In this document: positions 1-9,607 of the stretch, one piece after another
How the letters are laid out: each line of letters opens with the position of its first letter
How positions within the stretch are numbered: the first letter of the stretch is position 1
Source of the DNA: Candidatus Cloacimonadales bacterium
GTDB taxonomy: Bacteria; Cloacimonadota; Cloacimonadia; Cloacimonadales; DAONDQ01
Direction of reading: 5' to 3'
Assembly (NCBI GenBank): GCA_963662275.1
Contig: OY759316.1
Location: forward strand, 3,072,001 to 3,136,000
Length of the DNA stretch: 64,000 nucleotides
Made by a program: the position numbers and the translations under genes
The notes under the pieces: model-generated
Told to the model about the DNA's origin: nothing
Databases searched by the model: none
The model's input: the letters and a program-made list of their open reading frames with translations, nothing else

Positions 1-1
1 T

Positions 2-799
2 GGATGGGTAGACCGAATTCAGCCTTCTCAATTTGTGATGTGGCAACTGGATTTTTGGGGAAATTATATTCACGGTTTCTGGAACACTATGTTCGGGAAA
101 CGTGATATGCTGATGACCACGGAAGGTTATAACGTCATTTACGGGACGGATAATAAATGTTATTTCTATACTGGAATGACAAGTGTCGGAGCAGATGAAG
201 GCGCAGTAGGATTCATGCTTGTTAATACTCGAAATAAGGAAACACATTTCTATAAAATATCCGGTGCTACAGAGACAGCAGCTATGTCATCTGCTGAAGG
301 AAAAGTTCAGAATTTCAAGTATTCCTCCACCTTCCCCATCCTATTGAATGTTTCCCAAATACCAACATTCTTCATGACTTTAAAGGATACTGCCGGATTA
401 GTTAAGATGTATGCTATGGTTTCAGTGAAAGATTTCAGCCTGGTAGGTGTTGGTGAATCTGTGAAACAAGCTCGTGATGCTTACATCAATGCTTTATCCA
501 TGCAAAGGAATACGAATGTTTCTCTATCCGGAAATGATAAAATATCGATTCAAAGCACAGTTACCCGTATCGGATCAGACATTAAGAACGGCAGGTCTTT
601 CTATTATGTGATTGTGGCTTCTCAGCCTAATATCGTTTTTATCGTTAACACTGATCTCTCAGATTTTCTACCTGTGACTAATATTGGTGATCCAGTTCAA
701 TTGGAATTTCTGTCAGCTACAGATCAAACGGTTAACTTGCTTTCTTTTACAAATCTAAAATTGCAAAAAGGAAAAGAGCAGGAGCAAGTAAAAAACTGA
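2..799 (+). CDS. Conserved hypothetical protein, 5'-truncated by the window edge
   Basis: The frame is open from position 2 (GWVDRIQPSQFV...) through ORF 35..799. No catalytic motif recognised. Confidence 0.75.
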   Translation, partial: GWVDRIQPSQFVMWQLDFWGNYIHGFWNTMFGKRDMLMTTEGYNVIYGTDNKCYFYTGMTSVGADEGAVGFMLVNTRNKETHFYKISGATETAAMSSAEGKVQNFKYSSTFPILLNVSQIPTFFMTLKDTAGLVKMYAMVSVKDFSLVGVGESVKQARDAYINALSMQRNTNVSLSGNDKISIQSTVTRIGSDIKNGRSFYYVIVASQPNIVFIVNTDLSDFLPVTNIGDPVQLEFLSATDQTVNLLSFTNLKLQKGKEQEQVKN

Positions 800-946
800 T
801 ATCTATAAAATGAATATTAATGAATATATCTGAACAGATTACTTGATAAATCGATAATTACGAGAGATAGATTAAATTGTATCGAGATGAAACGGAACAA
901 TTTACTTAATCCAAAGTACGATTCTCCTAATTGGTGAACTAATCAC

Positions 947-1192
947 TCAAATCACGTTATTAAAATCAGATGTATTAGATTGTGTTTGAGGAGAATAGGG
1001 ATACTTAGCATTCGGTTCTGATTCGGAACTATCTGCTTGATAAGTAGCCCGATAATTCACTGTTAAGCACTTGTTTAAACGTTCCGTCAGTTTACGACGT
1101 TTGTGATATCGCATATGATAATTACTACCAATACCTAAGAATGACTTAATCATATGCAATATTAAGTGATATGCTTCAAAAATAAAATTCAT
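947..1192 (-). CDS. Small hypothetical protein (81 aa)
   Basis: ATG is preceded by the SD-like AAAGGGGAGA, with a TTGACA about 105 bp upstream on the minus strand. Confidence 0.45.
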   Translation of the reverse strand: MNFIFEAYHLILHMIKSFLGIGSNYHMRYHKRRKLTERLNKCLTVNYRATYQADSSESEPNAKYPYSPQTQSNTSDFNNVI

Positions 1193-1336
1193 CGTTAATC
1201 TCTCCCCTTTACGAAGAACATACTTATCACAATCAGAATATTACAAATTCCTCTTCTACATTTCTCATTATCTTAAACCATATCTTATATTTACTTGTCA
1301 AGAAAATAAAATTAGTTTTTCCCCTAATGATTTTAT

Positions 1337-3197
1337 GAGACTGTTCAAAATTAACCTCCATTTTACGCAGCCTTATTGGTAGTGACAGAGAAAAAGTGGT
1401 CTAAGTGCGACCAATCCACATTTTCTTGACATATGCGGGAGATATTTAAACTTGCTAAAAGTGATTCCTGACGCATGATTGGTTGACCTTTATCGACCAG
1501 TTCTTTGAACCAAAGCGAAAACACAAGGTTGCGGGTGGTTTCTTCAGATTTTAGTCCAAATCTACCGGATGTCACCTTCTTGATTTTGCGGTTCCAGCGT
1601 TCAGAGACATTGGAAGTCAAACCTTTGCTGAGGTGTCTCCAATCACTAATGATATTGCTTTTGATGTATTCGGCGGCGGTTGGGGGAGTAATAGCTGTCA
1701 GGCTTGCGATACCCTTTTTCCTTCCGCCCGCCGTTTCTCTTCGGAAAGCTTTCATAATCCTCTTCTTAAAGAACTTGTCCCTGTCTTCAGGGAGATGACA
1801 TTGACTGATTCTTTTGAAGAGATTTCGTATCTTATGGAACTTACAGAGTTGGTAATGGACTTTTGGAAACACTGTTTTTCTTGCAACTGCTAACGATTTA
1901 CTGCCATCACTGACAATCAGGGTTGGATCTTTCCTGTAGAGCTGTCTGAAGGTTCTGAAACATGCTTCGAATGATTCTTTCTTTGTGTCAGGATACAACT
2001 CACAAAACAGAGGGATGTGAGTCACAAAATCAACAATACTGATGACATAGTACGGAATACCTTTGATCTTCACATATTTCTCATCAATGCTGATCTTTCC
2101 GCTCCACTTACCGATTGAGTTCAGAATCAGGCTCTGCAGGTCAGCGATTTCATGCCAGAGATTTGAGACTGTAGCTTTACAGGTGTTGAGCAGCAAAGCT
2201 ATCGTCTCGAAGTTCATACCGCTTCCAACCAGGTAATGTACCAGCAGACACAGGTTCTTGCGTTCCAGACTATGGAACGGCTTTGCATCGGCGGTTCTAT
2301 GGGATGTATTGCCTTTAGCAGTCTTCATTTGTTCCAGGAGTCTGTCACAGATAACAGGTGTATTCTGCTGACCGGCAAGCAGTTTCAGCAGATGTACAGC
2401 ATCACCGCCTACTGTCTTTTTCAGAAGAAGCTTCTGAGCTTGCTTAACTACAGACAGAGAATTGACCTGAGAAGCATATTTGCAGAAAGTGGTATAGGAC
2501 ATTTTAAAATCATGATGGCTGATGAACTCCTGATACATGACATTTAAAGGTAAAAGCAGGTTATTGATAACAAAATTCTCGATCTGAGGAATACACTCCA
2601 GCAGGTCAACTTTCCGGCTTAAATATGCCAGGATATCATGACCATGCTGCTCAAACTCTTGCCAGAAATTATGTACATTCCTGCGGTCTGCGTAGTTAAA
2701 CAGATCAGCTATTTGCTGAAGTGTAAGGAGGTTGTCTCCGCCTATTCCTACTAATAAGCGTAGAAACGCTATTAAGAACTTGTGGTTTGATGTTGTCTCA
2801 GGCAAAGTGAATGAAAATGGTACGTTAATACTTACATGGTATTGGTTACTTTCATGACTAACACTTACCGCTTCTTGAATTGGAGTGTTTTTTTGTCATA
2901 ATATCCTCCCTTTTGTTACCAGGTAACAAATGCCATTGAAGCTATAGCAAAAAACTTGTAAAGAACTATTTTATATGATTTTAACTACACATTTAGTCAG
3001 AAACGGCTTCGAAACATTACTTATAATCGCGTGTTTTTCAATTTTAGTCAAAAAGCTTAACTTGTGATTTGGTGTCCTTAGCAGAGCTTATCTGTCAATT
3101 CTGGAAGGTATGTTAAATTATGACCGTTTCGACCACTTTTTTCAACTTGCTACTTTCTAACTTATTGAATATTATGAATAACTTCATGAACAGTCTC
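1337..3197 (-). mobile_element. Insertion sequence, 1861 bp, DDE transposase (IS6-like motifs; family uncertain)
   Basis: Terminal inverted repeats GAGACTGTTCA (1337) and TGAACAGTCTC (3197). An 8-bp direct repeat GATTTTAT lies at 1329-1336 and 3198-3205. Confidence 0.9.
1363..2805 (-). CDS. DDE transposase; the natural start is probably the out-of-frame ATG at 2899
   Basis: Motifs IDEKYVKIKG, IVSDG and NVSERWNR, with HTH-like segments N-terminal to them. The gene lies inside the TIRs. Confidence 0.85.
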   Translation of the reverse strand: MPETTSNHKFLIAFLRLLVGIGGDNLLTLQQIADLFNYADRRNVHNFWQEFEQHGHDILAYLSRKVDLLECIPQIENFVINNLLLPLNVMYQEFISHHDFKMSYTTFCKYASQVNSLSVVKQAQKLLLKKTVGGDAVHLLKLLAGQQNTPVICDRLLEQMKTAKGNTSHRTADAKPFHSLERKNLCLLVHYLVGSGMNFETIALLLNTCKATVSNLWHEIADLQSLILNSIGKWSGKISIDEKYVKIKGIPYYVISIVDFVTHIPLFCELYPDTKKESFEACFRTFRQLYRKDPTLIVSDGSKSLAVARKTVFPKVHYQLCKFHKIRNLFKRISQCHLPEDRDKFFKKRIMKAFRRETAGGRKKGIASLTAITPPTAAEYIKSNIISDWRHLSKGLTSNVSERWNRKIKKVTSGRFGLKSEETTRNLVFSLWFKELVDKGQPIMRQESLLASLNISRICQENVDWSHLDHFFSVTTNKAA

Positions 3198-3288
3198 GAT
3201 TTTATTCCAATTACAGTCAGTTTTTGATGCAAACTGCCAAGAATAATAATCTTGTATTGCTCTAATAAAAATCAAACAATTATTCGGT

Positions 3289-4611
3289 TTACTTCTCGAT
3301 TTCTCTTAATTTCCGATGCAGCGTTTTTCGATCAATGCCAAGAATATCCGCAGCTTGGGATTTGTTGCCATGGCACATGCTTAATACATGTTGAATATGA
3401 TCCTGCTCAACCTGGTTTAAGGTTTGTTGCCAGTGATTCGGAGAATGCAGCGAGTATCTTAGATGCTCGGGTAGATCTGATATTTCTATCATTGCTTTAT
3501 CATTCAGGACCATAGCTCTCTGAATAAAATTCTCTAACTCTCGGATATTCCCCGGATAATGATATTTCAGTAAAGCTTCCAACGCTCTATCTGTTATATG
3601 GGGAATGCTATGCCCTAACTCAGCAGCATGTTTTTGCACAAAATAACGAATGAGGAGAGGGATATCTTCCTTATGTTCAATCAATGGTGGAATATCTATG
3701 TTGATAACGTTCAATCGATAATACAAGTCTTCGCGGAACAATCCTTTTTCAACCAGTGACAGCAGATTTTTATTTGTAGCAGTGATAATCCTCACGTCGA
3801 TCTTCTCTGCTTTATAGCTTCCCACCATGGAAACCTCCCTATCCTGGACAACACGTAGTAGTTTTGCCTGCATAGGAAGAATCATTTCAGATACTTCATC
3901 CAGGAATATTGAACCACCCTGGGCAGCCTGGAAGAAGCCTTTTCTTGTGATACCCGCACCAGTGAAGGCACCTTTAAGATGACCAAAGAACTCACTCTCC
4001 AATAATTCCTGGGGAATAGCTGCACAATTCACAGGGATAAATGGTGAAGTTGGATGGGCAGATTGATAATGTATGGCTCTTGCAACAAGTTCCTTTCCCA
4101 CACCACTTTCTCCTGTAATCAGGACAGTAGCTTTTGATTGACTAGCCTTCCTGATGATCTCATAGATTTTTTGCATTTCTAGTGATTTTCCGATGATCCC
4201 AGCAAAAGATTCAGGTTTCTCCACTTGAACAAGTCGTCTCTGTTGTAATTTATGCAATACTCTCTGTACGACCTGGAGTAATTCTTCCTGGGTGAACGGT
4301 TTCGAGAGGTATTCATCTGCACCCATCTTGATAGCTTTTACTGCTCCAGTAATTGTGGCGTATCCTGTCATCATAATCATAGCAGTATATTCATGATTAT
4401 CTTTAATATAACGGACAAGATCCAATCCCGTCAGCCCTGGCATCTTGAAGTCAGTGATTACTAAGTCGATGGGAGTATTCTTCAGAATACTTAAAGCTGC
4501 TTCAACGCTACTGGCAATGAGGATATTGACCTTGATATCTTCAAGTTGACGAGTTAGCATCTCCAGAGTATCTGGAGAATCATCCACAATTAAAACTGTA
4601 TTTTTTTTCAT
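3289..4611 (-). CDS. Sigma54-dependent response regulator (NtrC/AtoC family: REC-AAA+-HTH)
   Basis: REC motifs (VDD, TDFKMP), Walker A GESGVGKE, GAFTGA, and a C-terminal Fis-type HTH. Confidence 0.95.
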   Translation of the reverse strand: MKKNTVLIVDDSPDTLEMLTRQLEDIKVNILIASSVEAALSILKNTPIDLVITDFKMPGLTGLDLVRYIKDNHEYTAMIMMTGYATITGAVKAIKMGADEYLSKPFTQEELLQVVQRVLHKLQQRRLVQVEKPESFAGIIGKSLEMQKIYEIIRKASQSKATVLITGESGVGKELVARAIHYQSAHPTSPFIPVNCAAIPQELLESEFFGHLKGAFTGAGITRKGFFQAAQGGSIFLDEVSEMILPMQAKLLRVVQDREVSMVGSYKAEKIDVRIITATNKNLLSLVEKGLFREDLYYRLNVINIDIPPLIEHKEDIPLLIRYFVQKHAAELGHSIPHITDRALEALLKYHYPGNIRELENFIQRAMVLNDKAMIEISDLPEHLRYSLHSPNHWQQTLNQVEQDHIQHVLSMCHGNKSQAADILGIDRKTLHRKLREIEK

Positions 4612-6086
4612 ATAATACGCTCCGGAAAGCCGATTGTAAATGTAGTTCCAATATTTGGCTTGCTGTTCACTTCAATCCTGGCATGATGACTCTTCAAAAT
4701 TCCATGCACCACTGCTAAACCCAAACCTGTACCTTGTCCAGTGGGTTTAGTGGTAAAGAAGGGAAGAAATATCTTTTTCTGAATTTCCTTATTCATTCCA
4801 TGACCTGTATCTCGAATGCTAAAATATACCCAACCGGCTTCATACCAGGTTCTTAGATATAGTTCTCCACCACGTTCCATAGATTGAATGGAATTTACTG
4901 TAAGATTAACAACAACTTGTATCAGTTGACCCGAGTCTGCATCAATGAAAGGCAAGTTCGAATCGAATTCCTTGACTACCTTGATGTTTTCACGAGTACA
5001 TCGATATTCAAGAAAGTATAGACCTTCTTCAAGAATTGTATTAAGATTTACTTCTCTGATATGAACCGGCATTTGCCTGGAAAAGAAAAGCAATTTCTTC
5101 ACAATTTCCCGAGTATGGAGGCTTGATTTGATAATCTTTTCCAAATCTGCTTTTACTCGTTCAGGGTCATGTAATGCTTTTTTTGCCAGTTCAGCAAATC
5201 CCAGTATGTTCGTGAGAGGTTCATTGATCTCATGGGCAATACCTGCTGTGAGAGTACCAAGTGTTGCTAAACGGTCAGCATGACGAAGCTGTTCCACCAT
5301 ATTTCTCTCAGCATCCCTGGCTGCCTTACTTTCCAAATATTGAGCCAGTTTTTGAGCAATTAACTCCAGGAGTTTAGCTTCTTCTTCAAGAAAGAATATA
5401 GGTTCTAATGATATTTTATCTGCTGAATAAGAGACTTGTATCTCACCCCAAGATTCATGCTGTGTTTGTATTATAGTTCTCAATTGCATGATATCAGGTG
5501 TAAAGCCTGGCGTTTGAACCGTTTCCCCGCCAATTATAATTCGGCATCCAGCCACTGATGGATATTGAAAAGCAGGTGGAATCAGATGCACTATCTTATC
5601 AAAAAGAATATCCGAAGGAAGATCATTTTGCAGGACTTCATTCAATTGATACATACAAGTCAATTCTTTGATACGTTCCTGCAAGGCATTATTTGTCCTT
5701 CTCAAGAACATAATGCTTCCTAAGACAGTAGCAATATAAACGTAATCAAGTTCTTTCATGAAAGGCAAAATCAGAATCCCTAACATCTGAGTCCCAGCGT
5801 GTATTTTCAGGTAGCAGGAGGTTTTATGAAAGTATATTTCCTCTGCGTGCCTGATAAATATCGCAGCATCCCTTTCTTTTCCTGTCTTAGGATACTTAAT
5901 CCAATTCCGGTATTGCATACTGAATTGCGGTTTGGTTTGAAACACATATTCATGCTGGGAATCCGAACACAGGAATATCAGCGAAGATAATTTCATCTCC
6001 CTTTGTAACAAATCTGCCATCCTTATGAGGAATTCAACACGTGTAAGATGTAACTCAACTAAGTTCATTAACTCTTTTTCAAACAT
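4608..6086 (-). CDS. Sensor histidine kinase with a GAF-like domain
   Basis: H-box AHEINEPL, N-box NLTVNSIQ, DTGHG, FFTTK and GTGLGL. Start moved to ATG 6086, which follows AAGGA. Confidence 0.93.
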   Translation of the reverse strand: MFEKELMNLVELHLTRVEFLIRMADLLQREMKLSSLIFLCSDSQHEYVFQTKPQFSMQYRNWIKYPKTGKERDAAIFIRHAEEIYFHKTSCYLKIHAGTQMLGILILPFMKELDYVYIATVLGSIMFLRRTNNALQERIKELTCMYQLNEVLQNDLPSDILFDKIVHLIPPAFQYPSVAGCRIIIGGETVQTPGFTPDIMQLRTIIQTQHESWGEIQVSYSADKISLEPIFFLEEEAKLLELIAQKLAQYLESKAARDAERNMVEQLRHADRLATLGTLTAGIAHEINEPLTNILGFAELAKKALHDPERVKADLEKIIKSSLHTREIVKKLLFFSRQMPVHIREVNLNTILEEGLYFLEYRCTRENIKVVKEFDSNLPFIDADSGQLIQVVVNLTVNSIQSMERGGELYLRTWYEAGWVYFSIRDTGHGMNKEIQKKIFLPFFTTKPTGQGTGLGLAVVHGILKSHHARIEVNSKPNIGTTFTIGFPERII

Positions 6087-6143
6087 AGTATCATCCTTTA
6101 AAAGATAATAATCAGTTTGCAGTTTGTGTGGCAAGGTATTTAC

Positions 6144-6270
6144 GGGGCATTTTACCCCACTGCGAATAATAGTCCCATGAAAACTCTCGACGCACCACTA
6201 GGTTGAGATGTTCTAAATGCATATACTACCAGAGATTATGGATCATTGAATGTTTGGCGGAAGAAATGCG
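6144..6270 (+). promoter_or_regulatory. Putative sigma54 promoter for gdh with an upstream palindromic activator site
   Basis: TTGGCGGAAGAAATGC gives GG-N10-GC at 6254-6269. GGGG-N7-CCCC at 6144-6158 is about 100 bp upstream. An adjacent enhancer-binding protein gene is present. Confidence 0.55.
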
Positions 6271-6523
6271 TTCTATGATTGTGGATTTGGTCAATAGAAA
6301 CGGTTGGGGTTTGATTCTGTTAAACCCCAACCTGTTTCAAAAAGCATAAACAGGAGTGTTCATTTTGATGGAAGTTCGAAAAGACCGGAACGTAACAAAA
6401 AGCAGAGAAAGCATTGAATCTGTAAAAACAGCTATCAAATTATGGTTTTCCGATTACTTTATCGATAGAGTATAAACACAAGCATCAAACTCACAAACAC
6501 AAATACAAAAATAGAGGTGAATT

Positions 6524-7810
6524 ATGAAAGAACAAGGATTCAATCCCTTCCTGATGGCTCAGGAGCAATTCGACAAAGTCGCTGATATACTGAACCTGGA
6601 CACAGCAACACGTGAACTTCTTCGTACACCCATGCGGGAATATCATTTCAGTATTCCGGTAAAAATGGATGACGGAAATGTGCAGATCTTCAAAGGCTAC
6701 AGATTTCAACACAATGATTCTCGTGGTCCTGCCAAAGGTGGTATCCGTTTCCATCCTCAAGAGACTGCTGATACGGTCAGAGCGTTATCCATGTGGATGA
6801 CTTGGAAGACTGCTGTCGTTGATATTCCTCTCGGTGGAGCTAAAGGTGGAGTCATATGTGACCCACATAACCTCAGTATGCGCGAACAGGAGTTGATTTG
6901 CCGTGGTTACGTCAGACAGGTTGCCCAGAATATTGGACCGCTGCGTGATGTGCCGGCACCTGATGTTATGACGAATGGTCAGCATATGCTTTGGATGCTT
7001 GATGAATATGAAACTATTATGGGTGCAAAATACCCTGGTATGATTACGGGGAAACCTGTTGGCATGGGTGGTTCTTTGGGACGTACAGAAGCCACTGGTT
7101 ATGGTGTGGTATTTATCTTACGTGAAGCTCTTAAGGAAATGAATCTGAAACCTCAGAACACAACCGCGTCTGTTCAAGGATTCGGAAATGTCGCTCAATA
7201 TGCTATCCGTTTGTATAATCAATTAGGTGGAAAAGTGATTGCGGTTGCCTGTTGGGATCAAAAAGAACAGAAATCCTTCACATTACGTAATAAAGACGGG
7301 ATCAATATCGATCAATTAGTTGGTATCACTGACAGATTCGGTGGAATCGATCGTCAGCAGGCTCAAACATTGGGATATGAAGTTCTAACCGGAGACGCGT
7401 GGCTTTCACAGGAAGTTGATATACTGATACCGGCTGCAATGGAAAATCAAATCACCGATAAGAATGTTAAACAGATATCATCACGCGTCAAGATTATCGC
7501 TGAAGGTGCAAATGGTCCAACGACCCCTGAAGCAGATAAAGTTATCCAGGAAATGGGAATCTTCATGCTTCCGGATTTTCTGACGAATGCCGGTGGTGTA
7601 ACTTGCAGTTATTTTGAACAAGTACAATGTAATATGAACTACTATTGGGAAAAAGATGAAGTTCTTGGGAAGCTTGATGTCAAGATGACTTCAGCATTCC
7701 TGGCTGTCTCTCACTTAGCAAAGACCAGGAAGCTTTACATGCGCGATGCTGCCTATGTCATTGCGATCAATCGTGTAGCTGAAGCATGCAAACAGCATGG
7801 CTGGGTTTGA
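6524..7810 (+). CDS. gdh: Glu/Leu/Phe/Val dehydrogenase (probable glutamate dehydrogenase)
   Basis: Motifs KGGIRFHP, GGAKGG, VPAPD, GRTEATGYG, QGFGNV and EGANGP. Confidence 0.93.
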   Translation: MKEQGFNPFLMAQEQFDKVADILNLDTATRELLRTPMREYHFSIPVKMDDGNVQIFKGYRFQHNDSRGPAKGGIRFHPQETADTVRALSMWMTWKTAVVDIPLGGAKGGVICDPHNLSMREQELICRGYVRQVAQNIGPLRDVPAPDVMTNGQHMLWMLDEYETIMGAKYPGMITGKPVGMGGSLGRTEATGYGVVFILREALKEMNLKPQNTTASVQGFGNVAQYAIRLYNQLGGKVIAVACWDQKEQKSFTLRNKDGINIDQLVGITDRFGGIDRQQAQTLGYEVLTGDAWLSQEVDILIPAAMENQITDKNVKQISSRVKIIAEGANGPTTPEADKVIQEMGIFMLPDFLTNAGGVTCSYFEQVQCNMNYYWEKDEVLGKLDVKMTSAFLAVSHLAKTRKLYMRDAAYVIAINRVAEACKQHGWV

Positions 7811-7851
7811 TAGATTCCTTCTAATCAGATCATGATAGAGTAAAAATATAA

Positions 7852-7880
7852 AAGGGAGGACTGGATTCTTGTCCTCCCTT
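7852..7880. other. Intergenic stem-loop after gdh (mRNA stabiliser or weak terminator)
   Basis: AAGGGAGGAC...GTCCTCCCTT forms a 10-bp stem. There is no U-tract on the + strand. Confidence 0.6.
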
Positions 7881-7897
7881 AAATTCAGGATGATATT

Positions 7898-9607
7898 ATG
7901 ACTAATCCAACCCCCTATATCAGAAAAGTGAATGATGTATTCACTTATCTTGGTACCGGTGAATTCGGTGAAAAAGCGCATGGTTTGATTAATACGCTTA
8001 CTTATCTGAATGATGCTTTCCCCGGAAATGAATTCGAAGGAATTGAGATATTCATCCCGAAATCACTTGTTATCTTGAGTGATGTATTTACGCTATTCAT
8101 GGATGAAAACTCACTATGGGAATTAGCTCTTACTGATTTATCTGATGAACACATCGCCCAAATATTTCAAAAAGCAAGTCTCCCAGCTCTCTTAAGCGGT
8201 GACCTGTATGAATACGCAGTAGCAACAACATATCCATTGGCAGTAAGGTCATCAAGCATTTTAGAAGATTCTCTGAACGAACCATTCGCTGGTGTATATC
8301 ATACAAAGATGTTACCAAACTATTACTTAGACCCACAATTGCGCTTCCAGAAACTCGTCCAGGCTGTAAAACTAATTTGGAGCAGTGTCTATACACAGTC
8401 TTCTAAAAGATATTTTCAGGCAATTAAAAGAGATATCCTGACAGAAAGAATGGCAGTTCTCATCCAGGAAGTTGTTGGTAAACGCTATAAAGATAGGTAT
8501 TATCCAACCATTAGCGGTGTTGCCCGTTCTTACAATTATTACGCATATAAAGACAATCAACCGGAAGATGGCATCATAAACCTAGCATTAGGTTTGGGAA
8601 AGTCTATCGTTGATGGTGAAAATGTGTGGCAATATACCCCATCAAGTCCTGCCAGTCCACCTCCGTTTTCTCTTGCTGATATCCTGCAAAACACACAATC
8701 ATCTTTCTATGCAGTTCATATGGGAGAAAAAAGTGAATATGATCCGATTAATCCGGATGAATTTCTTACAAAACATTACCTTGATGAAGCAAAGAAGGAT
8801 GGCACGCTGGTTGTTTGTGGAAGACCTTATAATGAGAATTCCGATAACAATGAATCGGGTCCTTGGCTAGTTGATTTCTCACCTGTACTTAAATATGATA
8901 TCATGCCTCTGAACCGGTTGCTGCAAAAGCTTCTTCAAATCTGTGAAAATCTTTATGGATTGAAAGTGGAAATCGAGTTCGCTGTCACAGCGGATGAAGA
9001 TTCAAAGCCACATTTTGGTTTTCTCCAGGTACGTCCTATGATCATGCAGGGTGGTAGTGTGGAAGTGAAAGAAGAAAGTGGAAAACAAGTTCTGTTATAT
9101 AGTGAAAATGTGCTTGGAAATGGCATTGTCAGTGATATCACAGATATCATTATGATTAAAAGAGAAGTATTTAACCCAAAAGATTCCTATGCCATAGCGC
9201 AGGAAATGGATGTGTTTAACAAGGATTTCTTAGATAACGATAAAAGATATCTTCTGCTTACTTATGGGCGTTTAGGCAGTTCAGATCCATGGCTTGGTAT
9301 TCCTGTCGACTGGAGCAGTATAGGTAAGGTTTCAGTCATAGTTGAATCGGCATTACCGGGATTCAATCCCGAGCTAAGTCAAGGTTCTCATTTCTTTCAC
9401 AATCTCCTGGCTTTCCAGGTGAAGTACTTTTCCATCTGTGAATCTGATATGAATGATCTTGACTATTCGTGGCTGGATTCCCAACCCGTGATGAAGAATG
9501 GCAAGTATCTGAAACATATCGTTTTAAACAAGCCTTTACTGATAAAAGTTGACGGAAGGGAACGGAAAGGTATTATTTACAAAAACGGAGATGAGAAAAT
9601 ATTATGA
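7898..9607 (+). CDS. PEP/pyruvate-binding (PPDK_N/PEP-synthase-like) domain protein
   Basis: Motifs AVRSSSILED, FAGVY, MAVLIQEVVG, GLGKSIVDG, EIEFA and LQVRP. Confidence 0.85.
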   Translation: MTNPTPYIRKVNDVFTYLGTGEFGEKAHGLINTLTYLNDAFPGNEFEGIEIFIPKSLVILSDVFTLFMDENSLWELALTDLSDEHIAQIFQKASLPALLSGDLYEYAVATTYPLAVRSSSILEDSLNEPFAGVYHTKMLPNYYLDPQLRFQKLVQAVKLIWSSVYTQSSKRYFQAIKRDILTERMAVLIQEVVGKRYKDRYYPTISGVARSYNYYAYKDNQPEDGIINLALGLGKSIVDGENVWQYTPSSPASPPPFSLADILQNTQSSFYAVHMGEKSEYDPINPDEFLTKHYLDEAKKDGTLVVCGRPYNENSDNNESGPWLVDFSPVLKYDIMPLNRLLQKLLQICENLYGLKVEIEFAVTADEDSKPHFGFLQVRPMIMQGGSVEVKEESGKQVLLYSENVLGNGIVSDITDIIMIKREVFNPKDSYAIAQEMDVFNKDFLDNDKRYLLLTYGRLGSSDPWLGIPVDWSSIGKVSVIVESALPGFNPELSQGSHFFHNLLAFQVKYFSICESDMNDLDYSWLDSQPVMKNGKYLKHIVLNKPLLIKVDGRERKGIIYKNGDEKIL

